A stretch of DNA of 64,000 bases, from contig JBKECT010000033.1 in the NCBI GenBank assembly GCA_047974855.1, positions 744 to 64,743 on the forward strand. The letters run 5' to 3'. Source of the stretch: Anaerorhabdus sp. (GTDB taxonomy: Bacteria > Bacillota_I > Bacilli_A > Erysipelotrichales > Erysipelotrichaceae). The translations under genes and the position numbers were made by a program. Position 1 is the stretch's first letter. Every line of letters starts with the position of its first letter. The notes beneath the pieces are model-generated. The model was not told where the DNA came from. It was given only the letters and a program-made list of their open reading frames with translations, and did not search any database. Below are positions 43,519 through 53,654 of the stretch, in pieces.

Positions 43519-45027
43519 TTACATATATCTTGTGGCAAGATTCATTACATTTTCTTGGGTTGCTTCTGAACCATCTAAAATTCCTGCAAGTCTTGCATCA
43601 CTCATTACCATAACACGATCACTCATTCCTAGCAACTCTGGCATTTCAGATGAAATCATAATAATTGATTTCCCCTGTTTTGCAAGGTTTGCTATAAGTG
43701 TATAAATTTCATACTTTGCCCCAACATCAATTCCACGTGTTGGTTCATCCAAAATTAGTACATCAGGATCATTAGCTAACCATCTTCCAATAATTACCTT
43801 TTGTTGGTTCCCGCCAGATAGTGATTGTATTTGTGTTTTAGAACTTGGAGTCTTAATACTCATTTTGTTAATATTGTCTTGTACAAGTCGCTCTAATTTT
43901 CTATTGTTTAATATAACCTTAGCGTTAAGATATTTATCCAATGATGCGATTCCAACGTTATCTGAAATAGATAAAACTCCAAATATTCCTGTTGCTCGGC
44001 GATCTTCTGTCAACAAAGCAATTCCCTTCTTTATCGCATCTTGTGGTCGTCTAATTTTTAAAACTTCCCCATTATACGTTATTGTTCCGGTTGATATTTG
44101 ACGAATACCAAAAATAGCCTCCATTAACTCTGTTCTCTGTGCTCCTACCAATCCTCCAACACCCAATATTTCTCCTTTTCTCAAATCGAAGTTAATATTT
44201 TTAAATGATCTTGGATTGATTGATGTAAAATCTCTTATCTCTAAGCACACGTCGCCTGGAGTATTTTCTCTAAGTGGAAAACGATTTGTTAATTCTCTTC
44301 CCACCATTTTCTTAATGATAAGATCTGTTGTTAATTCACTTGATGGCCAAGTACCAACATAAGCTCCATCTCGCATGATAGTCACTTCATCTGAAATTTT
44401 TAAAATTTCTTCCATCTTATGAGAAATATAAATAATCGATACTCCATTAGCTTTTAGCTTGCTGATAATATCGAATAATCCTTCTACTTCATTTTCAGTT
44501 AGTGATGATGTTGGCTCATCCATAATGACCACTTTAGCATTAACCGATACTGCTTTAGCAATTTCTACAGATTGCATATTAGAAACTGATAAATCAGAAA
44601 GTTTCATTTTTGGATTAAATTTCATATTCACTTCATTTAATAATGCTTTAGTATCAGCGTACATCTTTCCATGATCGATTATTTTTAGTGGCCCAATATT
44701 TTTTGTTGGATACCTACCGCAGAATATATTTTCTGCTATGCTTCTATCAAGAATAGGTTGTTGTTCTTGCTGTACCATTGCAATTCCACGCATCAAAGCA
44801 TCATGTGGATTTTTAATGTCGACTTCTTGACCATCAAAAATTATTTCTCCACCATCTTTTTTATAAATCCCAAATAAGCATTTCATTAATGTTGATTTCC
44901 CAGCTCCATTCTCACCCATTAAGGCATGAACAGTTCCAGGTCTAACATTAAGATTGACACCATCTAGTGCTTTGACACCTGGGAAGCTTTTACTTATATT
45001 TTTCATTTGCAAAATATAATCACTCAT
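43519..45027 (-). CDS. mglA: Sugar ABC transporter ATP-binding protein (tandem ABC domains)
   Basis: GENGAGKST and LSGGNQQKV motifs. 502 aa with a duplicated cassette. Confidence 0.85.
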   Translation of the reverse strand: MSDYILQMKNISKSFPGVKALDGVNLNVRPGTVHALMGENGAGKSTLMKCLFGIYKKDGGEIIFDGQEVDIKNPHDALMRGIAMVQQEQQPILDRSIAENIFCGRYPTKNIGPLKIIDHGKMYADTKALLNEVNMKFNPKMKLSDLSVSNMQSVEIAKAVSVNAKVVIMDEPTSSLTENEVEGLFDIISKLKANGVSIIYISHKMEEILKISDEVTIMRDGAYVGTWPSSELTTDLIIKKMVGRELTNRFPLRENTPGDVCLEIRDFTSINPRSFKNINFDLRKGEILGVGGLVGAQRTELMEAIFGIRQISTGTITYNGEVLKIRRPQDAIKKGIALLTEDRRATGIFGVLSISDNVGIASLDKYLNAKVILNNRKLERLVQDNINKMSIKTPSSKTQIQSLSGGNQQKVIIGRWLANDPDVLILDEPTRGIDVGAKYEIYTLIANLAKQGKSIIMISSEMPELLGMSDRVMVMSDARLAGILDGSEATQENVMNLATRYM

Positions 45028-45111
45028 TGTTTTTCCTCCTAGACATCTTTTCTTTAAAAATTAAGTGTGCACTAAGGCACACTTAATTATTTTTTGTTAT
45101 GTGTTAGTTTT

Positions 45112-46137
45112 CTATTTAAATTCTGCTGCATTTGCTGCAGTAACTTTAACATAGTCTACCCAGTAATATGTTTCAAGTGTTTCTCCGTTAACTGCTTTGA
45201 TTGCAGCATCAACAGCTTGGTGAGATTGCCCAACATGGTCATTCAATACAGTACCAGTCATTCCACCTGTTGAAACTAAGTCAACCGCTTCAGCAAGAGC
45301 ATCAACTCCAACTAAGTAGATATCTTCTCCAACTGTACGTCCTGCAGCCGCAATTGCTTGAGCAGCTCCTAAAGCCATTCCGTCATTATTACAGAAAACA
45401 ACTTCGATTTGATCTCCATATTTTGTTAAAGCGTTTGCAACAATTTCTTGCCCTTTTGCTTGATCCCAGTCTCCGCGTTGTTCATCAAGTTTTTCAACTG
45501 TGTTTCCTGACGTTTCAGTGTATTGAGAAATTGAGAATTCTGTACGGTATTTTGCATCTACATTTTCTGGATCTCCTACAACCATTACATATTGAAGAAC
45601 TCCATCCCCATTTAAATCTCCCTTGTTTTCAAGTTCAGCAATAATTTCTCCTTGGAATTTACCTGATTGACGAGCATCAGCCCCAACATAAGTGTACATT
45701 CCTTCGTAGTCTGTACCATCATATAGTGCCATATCCTCTTCAGAAGGTTCACGGTTAATGAAGATACATGGAATGTTTGCTTCATTACATTTGTCAATTA
45801 CTGTTGATGCAGATGTAGATTGAACCAAGTTAATGATAAGAACATCATAACCTTGTACGATAAAGTTATCGATTTGATTTGTTTGTTCTGCTTGGTCATT
45901 TTTACCATCTTGGATTGTTACATTGTACTTCACTTCATCAGTGCTTAATGAGTCAAAATAAGATTGAATTTCATTGCGGTAAAGAGTCATGAAGTTGTCA
46001 TCAAATTTATAGATTGATACTCCAACATTAACCTCCTTTACATCTCCTGTTGAATCTGGTGTTTCACTTGGAGTTGATGTGCTTGAGCACCCAACTAGTA
46101 CCATTGCGGCAATTAATAAAGATATAAGTTTTTTCAT
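45112..46137 (-). CDS. mglB: Galactose/glucose-binding lipoprotein
   Basis: Start moved to MKKLISLLIAAMVLVGCSS (lipobox) with a GGAGG RBS. GVSIYKFDDNFMTLYRNEI is MglB-like. Confidence 0.8.
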   Translation of the reverse strand: MKKLISLLIAAMVLVGCSSTSTPSETPDSTGDVKEVNVGVSIYKFDDNFMTLYRNEIQSYFDSLSTDEVKYNVTIQDGKNDQAEQTNQIDNFIVQGYDVLIINLVQSTSASTVIDKCNEANIPCIFINREPSEEDMALYDGTDYEGMYTYVGADARQSGKFQGEIIAELENKGDLNGDGVLQYVMVVGDPENVDAKYRTEFSISQYTETSGNTVEKLDEQRGDWDQAKGQEIVANALTKYGDQIEVVFCNNDGMALGAAQAIAAAGRTVGEDIYLVGVDALAEAVDLVSTGGMTGTVLNDHVGQSHQAVDAAIKAVNGETLETYYWVDYVKVTAANAAEFK

Positions 46138-46167
46138 TTTCCCTCCTCGGTATACTTCTGTTTGTTT

Positions 46168-46182
46168 TGTATACGCTTTCAT
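46168..46182 (-). promoter_or_regulatory. Candidate cre (CcpA) site
   Basis: Minus strand reads ATGAAAGCGTATACA, which fits WTGNAANCGNWNNCW. About 30 nt upstream of the mglB start. Confidence 0.45.
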
Positions 46183-46240
46183 CATAACGCTATTATTTTT
46201 TTCAGTCAATAAACAAGAACTTTTTTCCTCCATTTGTTTC

Positions 46241-46255
46241 TTTGTTTAGTAAAAC
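46241..46255. promoter_or_regulatory. TTTGTTTAGTAAAAC box (candidate LacI-family operator)
   Basis: Related boxes at 46326-46342 and 49877-49893. Confidence 0.4.
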
Positions 46256-46325
46256 TTTTGATGTATTCCCATTCAATTGAACTATTTTTTCTTTTAAATA
46301 TCCCAAAATACAAAATATTGACCAT

Positions 46326-46342
46326 TTTGTTTACTAAACAAA
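46326..46342. promoter_or_regulatory. TTTGTTTA-C-TAAACAAA perfect palindrome (candidate LacI-family operator)
   Basis: 8-1-8 palindrome in the divergent mglB/lacI-type intergenic region. Confidence 0.45.
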
Positions 46343-46393
46343 TTGACAATTTCCACATTCTAGGCTAAATTAAAAGAAAAGGGAGATAATCTT

Positions 46394-47422
46394 ATGGCAA
46401 CGATTCGAGATGTAGCAAAAATAGCTAATGTATCCATTTCAACGGTATCTAGGGTATTGAATTATGATCCCTCTTTAAATGTCCCAGAAACAACCAAGCA
46501 ACTCGTCTTTGATGCCGTTTTAAAACTTGGCTATGTAAAAAAAGAAGTTAAAACCAAAAACCTTTACCTCCGCTACCGTGTCGGCATTGTCCAATGGCAT
46601 ACCAACGAAAAGGAATTACAAGACCCCTTCTATCATTCCATTCGCATTGGCATCGAATCTACTCTCCATAACCACAGCATTGAAATTATTCGTGCTTTCA
46701 AAAATGATCAAGACTATTTTGAAAAACTTAAAGGACTTGATGGGATCATCTGTGTTGGAAAATTCAGTAAGACAGAGATCGCTGAATTTAGAAAGATTAC
46801 AGATAAAATTATCTTCATTGATATGTTCATGAATAAAATCTATGTCAATACGATTGTCATGGATACTCAAAACGCTATGAAAGATGCCGTTGAGTACCTA
46901 GTTTCACTGAACCACAAAAAAATTGGATTTCTAGGTGGTGTTGAATACACCTCTGATGGACTTCAATATCTTGATCAGCGTCTCCCCTATTTTGAAAAAT
47001 ATTGCACACATCATCACATTGAGTATCTGCCCTACATCCATAAAGGAACATTTTCAGCCGATTCTGGTTACGATATGATGAAGTCACTCTTAGCCAGTGC
47101 AAAACTTCCTACCGCAGTATTCTGTGCTAATGATCCCATCGCTTTTGGTGCACTTAGTGCCTTAAGCGAGGCTGGATTAAATGTTCCTGATGACATCTCT
47201 ATCATTGCTTTCAACAACGATCCAGCATCCGCCTATACCACGCCTCCTCTCACAACGATTAATGTTCCTTCTGAAAAAATGGGAGAATTGAGCGCACACT
47301 TGCTGGTTATGTTTTTTAAACAAAAAAAGATTTATCCGATGACCTCCATGATCCCATGCGAGCTAATTATTCGCCAATCTTGTGGGAAAGCCAAAGAGTC
47401 TCTTCATAAACAAAAAACATAG
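46394..47422 (+). CDS. LacI-family transcriptional regulator
   Basis: MATIRDVAKIANVSISTVSRVLN is the HTH. A periplasmic-binding-fold C-terminus follows. Confidence 0.9.
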   Translation: MATIRDVAKIANVSISTVSRVLNYDPSLNVPETTKQLVFDAVLKLGYVKKEVKTKNLYLRYRVGIVQWHTNEKELQDPFYHSIRIGIESTLHNHSIEIIRAFKNDQDYFEKLKGLDGIICVGKFSKTEIAEFRKITDKIIFIDMFMNKIYVNTIVMDTQNAMKDAVEYLVSLNHKKIGFLGGVEYTSDGLQYLDQRLPYFEKYCTHHHIEYLPYIHKGTFSADSGYDMMKSLLASAKLPTAVFCANDPIAFGALSALSEAGLNVPDDISIIAFNNDPASAYTTPPLTTINVPSEKMGELSAHLLVMFFKQKKIYPMTSMIPCELIIRQSCGKAKESLHKQKT

Positions 47423-47457
47423 GTCCTGTGGACTCTATGTTTTTTTATACTTCATAA

Positions 47458-48729
47458 CTAAATTATTTTATAGCCACCTACAGGACGAATTGATAGCACA
47501 AAGCACGACCCTGCTCCATAAATCAATTCCATTTGCTGGCGATAGCTTTCTAGTTTCTCCTTAGGAACAAAAGCTTGAATGGTTCCTGCTAATCCTCCAC
47601 CGTGAACACGGTATGCTCCTTGATGATGCAAGATTTCATCAGATACCGCCAACGCTACTGACAATGCCTGTTTCTCAACATCCTTTGGGCTATAGACATT
47701 TTGAAGATACATATATGAAGAGTTCCCAGATTCAATAATTAATTTTTTAAATGTTGGCATATCATTTTCTTTTAATGCCTTTACTTGATTTAGTACCCGA
47801 TCTGTTTCTTCAAAAAAATGAAAGGCACGTAACACGGCACGATCTGAAACAACTTCTCGAAGACGAAAGATATTCTTCAAAAACTCTTCTTTTGTGCATT
47901 GTGAAAGAACTTCTTTTCCCAATGCTTTTGCTACATCTTTCATCTCTTTTGGCATCAAGCTGTATTCATCCGATAAATCTGCATGACTTCCTTTAGTATC
48001 AATTAAACATATCGCATAATCGGAATGAGCAAAATCAAACTGAACTTGTTCCACTACCGGATTAGCTTTATCTTTAAAATCAATGAATACAAATCCACCT
48101 ACCGAACATGCCATTTGATCTAATAACCCACATGGTTTCATAAAATAATTATTTTCTGCATATTGCCCAATCTTTGCAATCTCAATAGAATTAATTTCAC
48201 CATTATTATATAGGTTAGATAAGATCGTCCCAATCAACACTTCAAATGCTGCACTGGATGATATCCCCGATCCCTTTAAAACATGGCTATGGCTCACAGC
48301 TTTAAATCCACCAATTTGATAACCCAACTCCTTAAAGCGTGCTAAGGTTCCTCTTATCAGAGCCTCAGAAGTAAACTTTTCATCTTCTCTAATTTCTAAT
48401 TCATCTACTCTTATTGGATTGACTTCAAATCCTTCTGCATAATATTCACATGTTTTTTCACTCATTACCACAACTGCTGCAATATCCATATTGACACTCG
48501 CCGCAAGGACTCTTCCTTGCTGATGATCGGTATGATTGCCACCAATTTCTGTCCTGCCTGGTGCACAAATCAAATGAGCATCGCAATCAGAAAATTTTTC
48601 AAGCGCTTGATCTAACAGCTTTTCATACCGTTTCTTTTCCCCTTGAATCACATCACTGCAGCAAATCATTTCTAATGTCTTATCGAATTCCCCTTGCATC
48701 AGCTTACTCTTAATTTCACTAATTTTCAT
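47458..48729 (-). CDS. galK: Galactokinase-family GHMP sugar kinase
   Basis: APGRTEIGGNHTDHQQG is the galactokinase signature region. GSGISSSAA is the GHMP motif. Confidence 0.75.
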   Translation of the reverse strand: MKISEIKSKLMQGEFDKTLEMICCSDVIQGEKKRYEKLLDQALEKFSDCDAHLICAPGRTEIGGNHTDHQQGRVLAASVNMDIAAVVVMSEKTCEYYAEGFEVNPIRVDELEIREDEKFTSEALIRGTLARFKELGYQIGGFKAVSHSHVLKGSGISSSAAFEVLIGTILSNLYNNGEINSIEIAKIGQYAENNYFMKPCGLLDQMACSVGGFVFIDFKDKANPVVEQVQFDFAHSDYAICLIDTKGSHADLSDEYSLMPKEMKDVAKALGKEVLSQCTKEEFLKNIFRLREVVSDRAVLRAFHFFEETDRVLNQVKALKENDMPTFKKLIIESGNSSYMYLQNVYSPKDVEKQALSVALAVSDEILHHQGAYRVHGGGLAGTIQAFVPKEKLESYRQQMELIYGAGSCFVLSIRPVGGYKII

Positions 48730-49750
48730 GGCTTCCTCCTATTTGAAATCTAAACTCTGTTATGTGGTGCAACTCTTCCCCTTTTTTTAAAATTGGCTTC
48801 CTATTATTTTTTGTTTGAATCGCATTGGGATAATATTGTGTTTCAAAACAAACAGAACTTCGCCTTGGAAACTTTCCTCCCCATTTACCACTTTTTGACA
48901 TCCCATCCAAAAAATTAGCAGAATATAAGTGCATACCAGGGCAATCTGAGTATAGAATCATTTTTACTTCTTTTCCCTGGCACTCCACAAATTTTCTAAA
49001 CCCTGTTCCACGCACAAGAAAGTGATGATCATAGCCATTCCCATGCTTTAGCTGGACTTCATCTTTGTCGATATCTTGTCCTAATGCTTTCAATCGTGTG
49101 AAATCAAATGCAGTTCCTTTAACTTCCACTACCTCATCTTGCGTACATCCTCTTTCATCTATGCTTGCAAAATAATCAGCTTCTATTTTAATTTTATGCT
49201 CTAGTGCCGAGTTACTTGACACTCCATCTAAATTAAAGAAGGCATGATTGGTTATATTGAATAAAGTATCTTGATCTGACTTCCCTTCATACTCGAAACT
49301 AAATCCATCTTCCAATAACGAATAAATCACCTTCACCTCTAAATTACCTGGGTATCCTTCTTCTCCATTTTGGCTAAAATAGGTACAACTGAGTTTATTT
49401 TTTTGATCTTCTATTATCCATATTTTTTGATCAAATCCTTTTTCTCCACCATGAAGTGAGTTCCCATTATTATTTTTTGCCAACTGAAACTTTACTCCAT
49501 TAAGTATAAATTCCCCCTTGCCAATTCGGTTGCATACTCTTCCTATGGTTTGTCCCATATACTGAACTTCATTTTGATATCCTGTAACACCGGTAAACCC
49601 TTGCACTACATCGATTCCATTTCCTTTAAGTGTTGCCGATACCAACGTTGCTCCATAGTCACTTACCTCTATTTTGATAAATTCATTCTCTATGGAATAA
49701 AGAGAAGTCTCTTTCCCCTCATTTGTTTTTCCAAATGGTTTTACACCCAT
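48719..49750 (-). CDS. galM: Aldose 1-epimerase
   Basis: Start moved to MGVKPFGK after an AAAGGAG RBS. GNSLHGG and NHAFFNL motifs. Confidence 0.8.
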   Translation of the reverse strand: MGVKPFGKTNEGKETSLYSIENEFIKIEVSDYGATLVSATLKGNGIDVVQGFTGVTGYQNEVQYMGQTIGRVCNRIGKGEFILNGVKFQLAKNNNGNSLHGGEKGFDQKIWIIEDQKNKLSCTYFSQNGEEGYPGNLEVKVIYSLLEDGFSFEYEGKSDQDTLFNITNHAFFNLDGVSSNSALEHKIKIEADYFASIDERGCTQDEVVEVKGTAFDFTRLKALGQDIDKDEVQLKHGNGYDHHFLVRGTGFRKFVECQGKEVKMILYSDCPGMHLYSANFLDGMSKSGKWGGKFPRRSSVCFETQYYPNAIQTKNNRKPILKKGEELHHITEFRFQIGGSHEN

Positions 49751-49876
49751 ACTCTTTTCTCCTTTCATTTTCAATCATCTTTTCTTACACTTTTTATACC
49801 ATTTTATTTTCTATTTCAGTATATCACTTACCCTATTCAAAAGTAAGTTCTACTTCTTTTTTTCAAAGTCTTTATT

Positions 49877-49893
49877 TGTGTTTAGTAAAACAC
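49877..49893. promoter_or_regulatory. TGTGTTTAGTAAAACAC box (candidate LacI-family operator)
   Basis: Lies between the divergent galM and agaZ-like genes. Same core as 46241-46255. Confidence 0.4.
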
Positions 49894-49992
49894 CCATAAC
49901 ATCATTAAAAAATGCAAGAAACTTCACACTTTATCTAATTCTTTTGCACTTGAAATGTGATACATTAAATATATTAGAAATGGAGATCGGTC

Positions 49993-51303
49993 ATGAAAAA
50001 TCATCCTTTATTTAATTTATTGAATCAATCGGAGTATCCAGTTGGAATTTATTCTGCTTGTACTGCCAATCCTCTTGTATTAGAAGCTTGCATGGAGAAG
50101 GCACTACAAACAAACTCTCCTCTTCTTATTGAAGCAACTGCAAATCAAGTAGATCATCATGGAGGATACACCGGAATGACTCCAAAAGATTTCTATCAGT
50201 TTATTGAGTCGCTTGCAAAAAAGCACTCCCTGAGTATGAATCAAATTGTACTGGGTGGTGACCACCTAGGTCCATTAACATTTGCCCATCTTCCAGAAAG
50301 TGAAGCGATGGAAGAAGCCAAGACTGTTGTTAGAGATTATGTTCTTGCAGGATTTACTAAGATTCATATTGATACCAGCATGAAACTTCTTGATGATCCA
50401 GAATATTTAACCGATGATATTATTGCATCGCGTGGCGCCATTTTAGCTCAAGTTGCTGAAGAAGCTTATCAAACTTTACTAAAAAGCAATCCCCAAGCAA
50501 TCCATCCTGTCTACATCGTAGGAAGTGAAGTTCCAATCCCCGGCGGTGCACAAGCAACAACTTCCGAGCTTCAAGTCACTCGCCCTGAAGACTTCAAAGC
50601 TACTCTCAATTCTTTTAAAACTCATTTTGAAAACTTAGGACTGCAAAAAAGCTGGCAATATGTTATCGCAATTGTAGTTCAACCAGGAATTGAAGAAAAG
50701 GATAGTGGTTGCACAGACTACAACCCCAGCAAAGCGGTTGCATTAATGTCGGCTTTGCGTGATGAAAATTCCTTAGTTTTTGAAGGACATTCTTCTGACT
50801 ATCAAACAAAAGAAGCTCTTCGTCAGCTCGTGCAAGATGGCGTTCGTATTTTAAAGGTTGGTCCAGGATTAACTTTCGCATTAAGAGAAGCTCTATTTTC
50901 TCTAGCTCATATAGAAAAAGAAATTTTCCATCATCAGCTAGAAAAACAAAGTCACTTTATTGAGGCATTAGATGATGAAATGCTTAAAAGTCCAAAATAT
51001 TGGGAAAAGTATTATCATGGAACAGATAGTGAGATTGCATTAAAAAGGAAATACTCTTTCTCTGATCGTTGTCGCTACTATCTTCCAACCGAACCCATGC
51101 AAAAAGCGCAAGAAAAATTAATTCAAAACCTAGCACAATCTGAAATACCTTTAAATCTGCTGAGTCAATTCATGCCAATTCAATATCGTAAGGTACGTCA
51201 AAAAGTATTGGCTAATCACCCATTAGCGCTAATTAAAGATTATATAGGGCTAACTATTGATGATTACCTTGATGCAACGATGCAAACTAAATTAATGAAA
51301 TAA
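49993..51303 (+). CDS. Tagatose-bisphosphate aldolase non-catalytic subunit family (AgaZ/GatZ/KbaZ)
   Basis: GIYSACTANPLVLEA...LLIEATANQVDHHGGYTGMTPKDF matches the family N-terminus. Confidence 0.8.
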   Translation: MKNHPLFNLLNQSEYPVGIYSACTANPLVLEACMEKALQTNSPLLIEATANQVDHHGGYTGMTPKDFYQFIESLAKKHSLSMNQIVLGGDHLGPLTFAHLPESEAMEEAKTVVRDYVLAGFTKIHIDTSMKLLDDPEYLTDDIIASRGAILAQVAEEAYQTLLKSNPQAIHPVYIVGSEVPIPGGAQATTSELQVTRPEDFKATLNSFKTHFENLGLQKSWQYVIAIVVQPGIEEKDSGCTDYNPSKAVALMSALRDENSLVFEGHSSDYQTKEALRQLVQDGVRILKVGPGLTFALREALFSLAHIEKEIFHHQLEKQSHFIEALDDEMLKSPKYWEKYYHGTDSEIALKRKYSFSDRCRYYLPTEPMQKAQEKLIQNLAQSEIPLNLLSQFMPIQYRKVRQKVLANHPLALIKDYIGLTIDDYLDATMQTKLMK

Positions 51304-51327
51304 ACCATTCGCATATGCGAACGGTTT

Positions 51328-51660
51328 TTAAAATACAACTGTCAATAACATCTTAAATGATTCTTCCGCATATACCGCGTGTGGTTTTTTAGCAGGCATG
51401 ACTAGTGTTTCCCCAGCATGTAAAAGATACTCTCTCCCATCCACTGTGAACTTCCCTGTACCCTCTAATACAAGAACTAGCGCATCTCCGTCTGATCCAT
51501 GAGTTCCAATTTCTTCTCCTTTAAAAAATGCAAATAAAGTAATACTCACTTTATCATTTTGAGCTAATGTTTTGCTTACAATCTGTCCTTTTTGAACACT
51601 TACTTCTTCTTTAAGATTAAGGACCTCTTCATGATCCATATTTTTAATCAAGTTCATCAC
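51328..51660 (-). CDS. Cupin-domain protein
   Basis: 110 aa. GTHGSDGDALVLVLEG...AGETLVMPAKKPHAV are the cupin motifs. Confidence 0.7.
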   Translation of the reverse strand: MMNLIKNMDHEEVLNLKEEVSVQKGQIVSKTLAQNDKVSITLFAFFKGEEIGTHGSDGDALVLVLEGTGKFTVDGREYLLHAGETLVMPAKKPHAVYAEESFKMLLTVVF

Positions 51661-51777
51661 CCATTCCTCCTTTTTATTAACATATCATCTTCTCTTTCAT
51701 TTTACTGTTGCTAAAGCAACACAAAAAGGAGGTTGGTTACAACCCCCTAAACTCATACTCTCCCTCGATATAACAAC

Positions 51778-51963
51778 CTATTTATTGTTTCTCGAAACTC
51801 TTACAATTACGTCCGAAAATGACGGTACTGCCATGCAAATTACTGAACTAATTATAGCGATATAAGCATTTATTACTCCCCGATCATAAAGCCACTTTGT
51901 TGCTAAAATAATTATAAGTCCAACAACATAGCATAAAGCCCGAACCTTATCGTTTCTATTCAC
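51778..51963 (-). CDS. Small two-TM membrane protein (61 aa)
   Basis: Overlaps the end of the upstream secreted-protein gene by 8 nt. Confidence 0.5.
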   Translation of the reverse strand: MNRNDKVRALCYVVGLIIILATKWLYDRGVINAYIAIISSVICMAVPSFSDVIVRVSRNNK

Positions 51964-52450
51964 GAACTAACCTATATTCCCAATATCCAGTATTACAAGC
52001 AGATGAATGCATCGGGGTGCATCCAGGAATTCTACCTGAAATAAACCTTCCTGTTACTTCATATCTCACATTGTTTGATGGAGTCTTCAACGAATCTAAC
52101 AAAATTCTACATAAATCATGTCCTGAGAAATAAGCAATCGTTCCGCATCCGCTTGTCACTTTCCAAACTATACCTATCAAAGTCCACATTATTCCTCTTG
52201 TATTTGTATTTCTTAATAGTCCATCACTTAGCTCTCCGTTAAAATCTCGAACTACTACATCTCCATTTTCTAGATACAGCACCTCTACTTCTTCTTCAAA
52301 ACTAATTTCTTCATTTTCCATTTCAATAGGAACGTAGAGTCTCGGATAAAATTCCAGATTAGAACTTTCAGCCTCTGCCTGAATTGGCAAAATAACTATT
52401 GAAAAAATTAAAACTGAACTTAGTACTGTTTGAACTATTTTTTTAATCAT
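51956..52450 (-). CDS. Secreted protein with a Cys-containing C-terminal domain
   Basis: Signal peptide ending IQAEAE, an acidic pro-like region, then a C-terminal ~90 aa with 4 Cys. Confidence 0.55.
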   Translation of the reverse strand: MIKKIVQTVLSSVLIFSIVILPIQAEAESSNLEFYPRLYVPIEMENEEISFEEEVEVLYLENGDVVVRDFNGELSDGLLRNTNTRGIMWTLIGIVWKVTSGCGTIAYFSGHDLCRILLDSLKTPSNNVRYEVTGRFISGRIPGCTPMHSSACNTGYWEYRLVRE

Positions 52451-52749
52451 TTCAATCCCCCCTTATATGTTTATTATAGTGCTCCATCTCAAAAAAAAAA
52501 AGACTTATAACCAATTTGTTTTTGTGATATAATAGGGGAATAAAGTACATTCATATTTTTTCATAAAAGACAACTGCATCAAATGATAATATTCTGTCTT
52601 GGAAAGATTCAATGATTTTGAAGAATTCTTGTGGTTTTTTATTTCTAAATGCATCTAGTATTTTTTGATAATATTCGTAAGTTTTTCTTACAGTTAGATC
52701 AATTTGGAGAAAATACTTGACACTAAGGTATCCTATCCCAGTGTTGACA

Positions 52750-52777
52750 CAAAAAAAGACTACTGCTAAAGTAGTCT
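52750..52777 (-). terminator. Rho-independent terminator after the PTS IID gene
   Basis: Minus strand reads AGACTACT-TTAGC-AGTAGTCT followed by TTTTTTT. Confidence 0.7.
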
Positions 52778-52799
52778 TAAAGATTTTTCAACCTTTTGA

Positions 52800-53654
52800 T
52801 TAATACCATTGGATGAATGGAGTATAATCTCCTGCCCAAATTCCGAAGAATGCTCCAACGATTCCGATTACAAGAAGTAACAGAATACATTTTACTGGAG
52901 TCCAGTTTCTTTTCTTAATTAGGAAGAATAACATTAATGTCATCGCTAGTGGAATTAATTGTGGAAGAATTCCATTAAGGATATCTTGAATTACAATTGG
53001 CGCTTCCCCATTTGCGATAACAACTTTAGTTGAAGTTGCTCCATAAGCTGAAGTTAAAGCTCCTACAATGATAACTCCTAAAATTCCTGCAGCACGAGTA
53101 AACTCTTTTGCATTTTTAGTAAGAATATCAATCGCACCAGTACCAAGGTCATAAGACCAGTACATGAGCCAGTAACGAATTGCAAATTGCACCGCATTAA
53201 ATACTAATAAGAAAATGATTGGTGCTGCAATATTTCCATCAATTGCCATATTGGCAGTAATTCCTGCAGTAATTGGAACCAACGTGAACCAGAAAATTGC
53301 ATCTCCAATCCCACCTAATGGACCCATTGCTGCTACACGAACAGAACGAATCATTCCAATATCAGACTTTTGTTGTTCTAGAGAAAGAATAATCCCCATA
53401 ACAAACGTTACTAAGAATGGGTGAGTATTAAAGAACTCTAAGTTATGACCCATTGATGTTGCTAAATCATCTTCATCTTTATGAATTTCTTGTAATCCTG
53501 GAAGAATTCCATATAACCATCCTGCAGCTTGCATTCTTTCATAGTTAAATGATCCTTGTAGGAATAAAGATCTCCATACCATTTTATTTAATACTTTTTT
53601 ACTCAGCGGTTTTGCCGGAGTAAGATCTTTGTATTTATTTACATTAGATTCCAT
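52800..53654 (-). CDS. PTS mannose-family EIID
   Basis: Start moved to MESNVNKY after a GGAGG RBS. WRSLFLQGSFNYERMQAAGW is typical of IID. Confidence 0.85.
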   Translation of the reverse strand: MESNVNKYKDLTPAKPLSKKVLNKMVWRSLFLQGSFNYERMQAAGWLYGILPGLQEIHKDEDDLATSMGHNLEFFNTHPFLVTFVMGIILSLEQQKSDIGMIRSVRVAAMGPLGGIGDAIFWFTLVPITAGITANMAIDGNIAAPIIFLLVFNAVQFAIRYWLMYWSYDLGTGAIDILTKNAKEFTRAAGILGVIIVGALTSAYGATSTKVVIANGEAPIVIQDILNGILPQLIPLAMTLMLFFLIKKRNWTPVKCILLLLVIGIVGAFFGIWAGDYTPFIQWY

